A stretch of DNA of 64,000 nucleotides from contig OZ246977.1 in NCBI GenBank assembly GCA_965232465.1, forward strand, positions 1,348,649 to 1,412,648, written 5' to 3'. Positions 32,338 to 39,600 of the stretch are shown here, piece after piece. Each line of letters opens with the position of its first letter. The first letter of the stretch is position 1. Made by a program: the position numbers and the translations under genes. Under the pieces are notes generated by a model, which worked only from the letters and a program-made list of their open reading frames with translations, searched no databases and had not been told where the DNA came from. The stretch is from Alphaproteobacteria bacterium (GTDB lineage Bacteria; Pseudomonadota; Alphaproteobacteria; JAQWUY01).

Positions 32338-34469
32338 GAGGTCTTTTTCCTGCGGGCTTTGCGTTTCTCATAACTCAGTATTTTTAAATCCTGTACTTGT
32401 TGGCTGTTTTCATCCACAGGTATAATTCCCAATACTGGGGCAATTCGTTTTACAATATTATGTACTGTGGGTGCGGCCACCTGCCCACTGGTTAATTCCC
32501 CCGATTTTGGGGCATCGACCATCACATACACCACATACTTAGGGGCGTGCATAGGAAAACCCGCAATATAAGACAAAATTACCGTGTCTTCATCGTATAC
32601 GCTGTTCTTAACTTGATTGGCGGTTCCCGTTTTACCCCCCAAAACAAACCCTTTAACAGCGGACTTTCTGCCCGACCCCTCCAGCGTATTTAACCGCATC
32701 AATTTACGGATAGCATCGGAAGTTTTCGTCGATACTACACGGTGGGCATCATGTATTTGATTGCCATCAGATTTAATAAATTTAGGCGTATGGTACATTC
32801 CCCCGTTAATCAAAGACGCCACGGCAGCAGTTAAATGCAAAGGTGTTACAGAAATACCATGCCCATACGCAATGGTCATTGTTTCCACCTGACGCCACTG
32901 TGAAGGATATAAGGGTTTTGCTTTTTCAGGTAGCACAATTTGCAATTGATTCAAAAAGTTCAGTTTTTCCATCATCTGTTTTTGCTTTTTTGTCCCAACC
33001 TTTTTCGCCATAAGTGCCGCCCCAATATTAGACGAATAAATAAAAATTTCGCTAACATCTAGGACACGGTTTTTTGCATGATAATCCTTAATGATATGGT
33101 GATTTATCCGCAATGGTTTGCGGGCATCAAATGTATCGCTAATTTTTACCAATCCACTTCCCAGTGTCATAGCAGAATTAATAATTTTAAAAGTGGAACC
33201 CAGTTCATACAGCCCCATAGTTGCACGGTTAAATTTAGATAATGCGTCTGATTGTTGCACATGATTGGGATTAAAATCTGGCATCGACACCATGGACACC
33301 ACTTCACCATTTGTTACATTCATAACAATTGCCACGCCCCCAGTGGCATCAGTAGCTTCAATTATTTTGGACATTTCCGATGTAACAATATGCTGTACAC
33401 CCGTATCCATAGTTAAATGTAAGGGCTGTTTATCGACCTTTAACAAAGTATTTTTGGATTTTTCAATCCCACTGATACCATTATTATCCACATCCACATA
33501 CCCCAATACATGGGAAAATAATGCCTCTTGTGGATATATACGCATATAGCGATCTTGCGTTTTATCGAATGTAATCGCTGGATCACCGATGGCATTAACA
33601 TCATATTGCTGTTGCGGAGTGGTACGGCGTTTTATCAATACATACTCCAACTTTTTCTCCACCTTTTGTAAAATATCTTCGTACGACATTTGGGGAAATA
33701 TATTTAATAATGCTTTGCTTAATCCCTTAGAATCTGTAACTTGACGGGGTTTTATATAAACATATTTTTTATCAGAAAAACTGAATAATTCCTTATACAA
33801 TTCGCTAATCACTTTTAAGGAATTCCATTCGCTAGTGTTCAAATTATCTGTTAGTAGCACTTTGCCTATGCCATTTTGTAATGTATTGTATATTTGGTCA
33901 TACGATATATTTGTAAAAATTTTGGCAAGTACATCAACAATTTCCCCCATATCTGTAATTTTATCTGTGTCCACATATACATAAGTTTTATTGTCCACAA
34001 CCACCGCCTCCTGCCCATATGTATCCCCCAAGGCAATCAGGGCATGGTATTGCACACTATCAATATGTTTTTGTAACAAAACACGACTGGATTTTCGGGT
34101 TACTTTATCATACATATCCGCATATGGTACATCTGAAAATATAGCTACAAGGCTGCGGGTTAATTTTTTCGCATTTTTTACTACACTGGGATTTACAATC
34201 ACCCACTCGGTACTCAGCATACCGGCAATCAGTACGCCTTTTGCATCATAAATATTGCCCCGCACATCATTGTTAATATCAGAGCGTGTACCATTGCTAT
34301 TTTTTCGCACATCAGACAAACTGATAAAGAAAATTTTTATCAATAATATGACATATACAACACCAATTATTCCACTAATTAGCCATACTCTGGGTCGTAA
34401 AATGCTTTTTACCGCACTTTCCCCCACTTGCATAGGTATCATAAGGTTATATTTTTGTATCATCAGCAT
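32334..34469 (-). CDS. ftsI: Peptidoglycan D,D-transpeptidase FtsI (PBP3), unusually long at 711 aa with a triplicated N-terminal module
   Basis: TM anchor, PBP dimerisation region and a transpeptidase with STFK and KTGTA motifs. The internal repeats are described in the findings. Confidence 0.85.
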   Translation of the reverse strand: MLMIQKYNLMIPMQVGESAVKSILRPRVWLISGIIGVVYVILLIKIFFISLSDVRKNSNGTRSDINNDVRGNIYDAKGVLIAGMLSTEWVIVNPSVVKNAKKLTRSLVAIFSDVPYADMYDKVTRKSSRVLLQKHIDSVQYHALIALGDTYGQEAVVVDNKTYVYVDTDKITDMGEIVDVLAKIFTNISYDQIYNTLQNGIGKVLLTDNLNTSEWNSLKVISELYKELFSFSDKKYVYIKPRQVTDSKGLSKALLNIFPQMSYEDILQKVEKKLEYVLIKRRTTPQQQYDVNAIGDPAITFDKTQDRYMRIYPQEALFSHVLGYVDVDNNGISGIEKSKNTLLKVDKQPLHLTMDTGVQHIVTSEMSKIIEATDATGGVAIVMNVTNGEVVSMVSMPDFNPNHVQQSDALSKFNRATMGLYELGSTFKIINSAMTLGSGLVKISDTFDARKPLRINHHIIKDYHAKNRVLDVSEIFIYSSNIGAALMAKKVGTKKQKQMMEKLNFLNQLQIVLPEKAKPLYPSQWRQVETMTIAYGHGISVTPLHLTAAVASLINGGMYHTPKFIKSDGNQIHDAHRVVSTKTSDAIRKLMRLNTLEGSGRKSAVKGFVLGGKTGTANQVKNSVYDEDTVILSYIAGFPMHAPKYVVYVMVDAPKSGELTSGQVAAPTVHNIVKRIAPVLGIIPVDENSQQVQDLKILSYEKRKARRKKTS

Positions 34470-34484
34470 AAATATTTCTTTACA

Positions 34485-34838
34485 TTATTGCCCTGTATAA
34501 ATACGCAACGACACATTGTTGCCAACCGATACGGTTTCAAAATCGCCCACCATATGAATGCTATCAATATGCACCATATTCTTAGCACTTGTAAATTGTT
34601 CTTTGGGAAGCAGCATCTGACTCAATCTTTCAATGCGTTTTGGGGTAGTCAAATACGCCCATTCCATATCCAAAGTCGCCGATTCCGATGTACTAACATG
34701 TATAGCGGATTGTACTTTTTGTATTTGGGTATTTAAAATATCGACTTGTCGAGCGTTATATATCCATCCACTCCCCAAGAACACAACCGATAATATCAAA
34801 AACACTGTCAAAGGTGTCATTAAAATATTTTGTTTCAT
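34485..34838 (-). CDS. ftsL: Cell division protein FtsL (alphaproteobacterial type)
   Basis: 117-aa bitopic protein between rsmH and ftsI. Confidence 0.65.
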   Translation of the reverse strand: MKQNILMTPLTVFLILSVVFLGSGWIYNARQVDILNTQIQKVQSAIHVSTSESATLDMEWAYLTTPKRIERLSQMLLPKEQFTSAKNMVHIDSIHMVGDFETVSVGNNVSLRIYTGQ

Positions 34839-34882
34839 CTTATTTATCCTTTATCTTTACATATATTTTCCAACCCCACACA

Positions 34883-35815
34883 TCATATGTGGTGTGTACG
34901 AACCGCCGTTCGTAATTTAGCCGATCTTGCCCTAGGGTTTACCAAGGCTTCTGCATCTGTACAGACAATTGCCTTGTGATTTTTCACCCTAAATAAAGCG
35001 GGACTTTGCTGTAATATCGGCATATGACGATTGCCTGTGTGTTGCCCTGTGCTATCCTTAATAAAATGTTTCACAATGCGGTCTTCCAATGAATGAAACG
35101 ATACCACAGTTAACCGCCCTTGATCTGACAATAAATGTACGGATGCCTGCAATGCCCGTTGCAATTCGCCAAGTTCATCGTTTACCGCAATGCGGATACC
35201 CTGAAAAGTACGAGTAGCCGGGTCAATTTTACTCTTTTTATTGTGCACAACACTACGCACAATATCCGCCAATTGCCCCGTGGTTTTAATCGGTTTTTTT
35301 TCCCGTTGTCGCAAAATTTCTGATGCCACTTTGCCCGCCATTTTTTCTTCGCCATAGTGTTTAATAATATGTGCTAATGGTCCGTGTTCATAATTATTAA
35401 CAATATCATACGCACTGATACCAAATTGTGACATACGCATATCCAATGGTCCATCTTCTTTAAACGAAAATCCCCGATTTATTTCGTCTAATTGGGGGGA
35501 GGATACCCCCACATCCAATACAATAGCATCGACCTTATCCACCCCTACATTTTTAAGCAGATCTTGCATGTCCCCAAAACACCCATGTAACATATAAAAT
35601 CGTTGGGGGTATTGCTGTTTTAATATTTGTGCATGGGCAACTGCATCTGGGTCACGATCAATACCATATACAGTACAATCGTTGGATTCTAATATGGCAC
35701 GGCTGTATCCACCCGCCCCAAAAGTTCCATCGACAATCACATCCCCCCGCTGTACATCCAAGGTCTGCAACACTTCGCATAACATCACGGGAATATGCAC
35801 AGACTTTATATTCAT
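34883..35815 (-). CDS. rsmH: 16S rRNA (cytosine1402-N4)-methyltransferase
   Basis: SAM-dependent methyltransferase motifs (VDGTFGAGGYS); follows mraZ. Confidence 0.9.
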   Translation of the reverse strand: MNIKSVHIPVMLCEVLQTLDVQRGDVIVDGTFGAGGYSRAILESNDCTVYGIDRDPDAVAHAQILKQQYPQRFYMLHGCFGDMQDLLKNVGVDKVDAIVLDVGVSSPQLDEINRGFSFKEDGPLDMRMSQFGISAYDIVNNYEHGPLAHIIKHYGEEKMAGKVASEILRQREKKPIKTTGQLADIVRSVVHNKKSKIDPATRTFQGIRIAVNDELGELQRALQASVHLLSDQGRLTVVSFHSLEDRIVKHFIKDSTGQHTGNRHMPILQQSPALFRVKNHKAIVCTDAEALVNPRARSAKLRTAVRTHHI

Positions 35816-35820
35816 AATGG

Positions 35821-36276
35821 TTACCCCTGACTTGGTTTCTTAATTTTTAAACCAGATTTAACAAATCCTTCCCGATGCCCTTTAAACAATTTTTCGTACA
35901 AGTCAGGTTGCCATATCTGAAAATGCCAACCACTGCCAACAAACACCGCTTTATCCGAAATACCTGCAAACTGTGCCAATTCTTCGGGTAATACAAACCG
36001 CCCTGTCATGTCATAACTTATCAAACGGGCATTTGCCATAATGTAATTTAAAATATGTTCGTCTTCGGAAAACATTGGGGCATTTTCCGCCATACTGTTA
36101 ACAATAAGATCCATTAAATCCTCGCTTCCTGCCTCTAAATAATCAGTTCTGGGCGATGGAAAGGCACAAAAATCTGTTGCAGAAGTCTTTTCCAAAACAT
36201 CACGAAATGCTGAAGGCAAAGAAACTCTACCTTTTGTATCAACTTTATTCGTATATGTACCAACAAAATATTTCAC
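35821..36276 (-). CDS. mraZ: Transcriptional regulator MraZ
   Basis: 151 aa; N-terminal KVDTKGRVSLPSAFR. First gene of the dcw cluster. Confidence 0.9.
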   Translation of the reverse strand: MKYFVGTYTNKVDTKGRVSLPSAFRDVLEKTSATDFCAFPSPRTDYLEAGSEDLMDLIVNSMAENAPMFSEDEHILNYIMANARLISYDMTGRFVLPEELAQFAGISDKAVFVGSGWHFQIWQPDLYEKLFKGHREGFVKSGLKIKKPSQG

Positions 36277-36563
36277 TTAAATACACCTTTAAAAACGATA
36301 CCCTTATAAAATAATAATCATAGTATAAAATGGAAAAGTATGGTTGTCAATGGTTTTTTGTAGTATTTTATGGTAAAACATGGATATTATACACAAATAC
36401 TATGCTACACCCCTTGTTTTTAAAAGATTTCAGAGTATATAAGACAAAAAAATAATTCTTTTTTTATTTCATTAAAACAACATGATACATAAAATATCTT
36501 GCACATCCCCCTCCCTCCCATAAATTACAATCTATGGTGTTATATTATTATGGTTTTTAATAC

Positions 36564-36593
36564 TTGAAAAAAAAAAAAAATCCTCTGTATACT
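36564..36593 (+). promoter_or_regulatory. Putative sigma-70-type promoter of the adhesin gene with an A14 homopolymer in the spacer
   Basis: TTGAAA (36564-36569), an 18-bp spacer made of 11 A's plus tcctctg, then TATACT (36588-36593). The A-run spans 36567-36580. Confidence 0.4.
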
Positions 36594-36662
36594 TATATTG
36601 TGGTGCCTGTTTGGGCGGGTGCCGAATTAAACTGTAATATTAAGATATTGAGGATGAAACAC

Positions 36663-39600
36663 ATGAAAAAATCTTTATGGGCAACGGCTAGTGTTATTGT
36701 GCTGGCATATACAACACCTGTATTCACCGATGACACGGACAAAGTGGTCAATGCCACGGGGAATATGTTTATGGATAGCATAAACAGAACAGGGTTTTTT
36801 GAATGGATAAGCGGCGGGGTCGGCTATACAGATAAAACCCTAAATTGGGATATTACCGCTTTTAGCAACCTGTCGGAAACAAAAGACACGGTTACATATT
36901 TGCAAACTTCTTATAATCGTCAAAAGTCAGTGAATCGATTAAACTTGGGGTTGGGGTATCGGAAGCGTATTGATACAACTGCTACCCCATTAATTGTTGG
37001 GGTCAATGCGTTTTTTGATAGCAAGGACGGGACAAAGAATATACTTGCTTTTAAGGCATCGGACAATTTCCAACGGTTTAGTGTGGGGGCGGAACTGAAA
37101 ACCGCACGGTTTGACATGGCGGCAAACCTATATCGTCGCATTGGCAATACCATTATCGACGATAAGAAAGTATTACAAGGCTGGGATATCACCGCTAAGG
37201 GCAATATCCCCAATTATGAACAGGTGTCTGTGGGGGTGGGGACCTATAGATTCGATGGGGTTGAGGATACAGTTGTTAGGGGCAATAAATTGATTGCCGA
37301 ATTTACCCCCAATGCGGTGGTAACAGTGCGGGGCACATATGACAAACCCAATGGCGAATCGGCACAGACCGATATATCGGTCGATTTTAAATTGGCATTC
37401 GACAAAAGTATACAAGACCAATTAAAATCCGCCCCTGTATCCGGTACAGATGCCGTATGGCACAAACGCTATGACAAGGTCGAACGGCACTATGATATTA
37501 AAACAGCGGAGGCACAGTCCACCCCCACATTAGGCACCGCTATCAGCAGTGCAGATTTGGCAACAAATAACATCAGTTCTGGCGATGGGACAACAGAACA
37601 ATCTGCATACGCCTTACAAAACAGCCAAAACTATGAGATACTAAACTTTGCTGGCACAATCGATAGTACTGATACTATTGAGGTCACTGTTGCAAAAGTG
37701 AGTGGCGATGGGGTGAAAGGCACGGACTTTCAGTTATACGCAAGCGATGGGACAACTGTTATTGCATTAGCGGATGTAACCGCAGATAGCAAGTTCGAAG
37801 ATAAAGCGGGGGGCAGAGAAGCCACCTTACAATTTACTTTTAGTGCGGATGGATTTAAAGACCGGGTGGTATTCGTTAAAACCAACAGCACTTTCACCGG
37901 TACTTTAACAATGGCAGATCTTGTTCTCCCCTATGCGTCTGGGACTGTAACGGTTAGCACCGCCGATATATTGGGTAAATTAACTGTATCCGGCAGCCAA
38001 ACACAAAAATCCGATTGGACAATTAAGAGCCTAACAGACACAGATAGTCATGCGAATCTTACGGTGAATGGCAAGACTCTGACTGTATCCGGGACAATCG
38101 GGTCCCCTACCACTGTAACCGCTGTATTCGAACATCCTGAGTATGCGGATCAGACCAAAACCTTCGAACTGTCCACAGGTGCCGGTACATTGGGGGGAAC
38201 GCCTACGGGGTTATCGGGTAAATGGGGCAAAACCTTTGCTGTGGATTATAAACTAAAAACTTCTGATACGGTGGGGGATGTAACAGTATCGTTTGATACA
38301 GGTGCCGATTTCAGCTTTAAGATTTTACCCCGTACTGATGGCAGTAAGGGAGGTAAGACCGCCACCACCGCAGGTATTATTGACACATCAAAAACAGCGA
38401 TTAACGCCAGTACTGGGGCAATTAATGGGGCAGCACTGACCAAATCGGGAACCTTGTTAGTGGAAATAGTCCGTGCCGCCAAAGGCGGATTGCCAGAGCT
38501 AACAGTATATGAAAATATTACGGTGAATAAACAAGTACTGGGTACAGATGTAACCACTATCCCGACCATATCGTTAAACAGTGGCGACAATAAGTGGAAA
38601 ACAGGGAATAGCAAATTTGACCTAAAATATACCAACCTGCCCGGCGGTCTGGCGGCGAATGCGTTTTCGTGGGCGGTTGCCAAAAAAACAGGGGCGGCAC
38701 CCAGTGGTACGGTCCGAATCGATAATGATGGTAAAATCAGTGGAGCAACCTCCGCTGGTACAGTGGTTATCACCTTAACCGCCAAAGGGGATAAATACAG
38801 TGGTAGTTTAACCTTAGCGGACTTTGCCATTGCCAAGCAAACAACGACAGATACGCTAACTATGGCGGATCTTGTCATATCCTATTCAGATGGGGATGGA
38901 AATAAAGTGGTAAGCACCGCAGAGATACTGGGGCAATTGTCCGTATCCGGGGGGCAAACACAAAAATCCCAATGGACACTGGTAAGCGTTGCCGACACGG
39001 ATAACAATGGCGATCTTGCTGTAACGGGTGGTGGCAAAACCCTAACCATATCCGATGAGATTAAAACCAAAACAACGGTTACCGCCACATTGTCGCATCC
39101 TGCGTATGAAAATAAGACGGCGACATTTGAATTGTCGACGGAGCCATCGAAGATAAGTACAACGGCACCCAGTGGGTCAGGTAAGTGGGGTAAATCGTAT
39201 ACTACGAATTATAATTTAAGACGTACGGTGGGGAGTGTAACATTTACTAATGCAGATTACACCTTCTCTATTGTGCCAACGGGCGATGATGGCAGTGGTA
39301 AGACACCCACCACCTCAGGTATTGTTGCCAGTGGGCAAAATGCTATAAGTAACCCCAGAACCGGGGCGATTGATGCCAGCAAATTAACCAAATCGGGTAC
39401 CTTATTGATAAAAATTGTCCGTGCGGCAAAAGGTGCTGGTGCCGCCCGAGTAGATGCGGTAACTGAATACCAAAACTTTACGGTGAGCAAACAGGACAGC
39501 ACAGACCACACCGGCTTTACTGTGTCCGCTGGGGCTATTGCATGGGCAACGGCAAGTACAGCGGTTACATATACCCTAACGAATGGTCCTGCGGGTATTG

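Noticed and set aside
36564-36662. Track ORF start at 36564 (a TTG), which would add a poly-lysine N-terminus (MKKKKNPLY...) to the adhesin.
   Set aside because: The lysines come from the A14 promoter tract. ATG 36663 with a GAGGA ribosome-binding site yields a canonical signal peptide and is the credible start.
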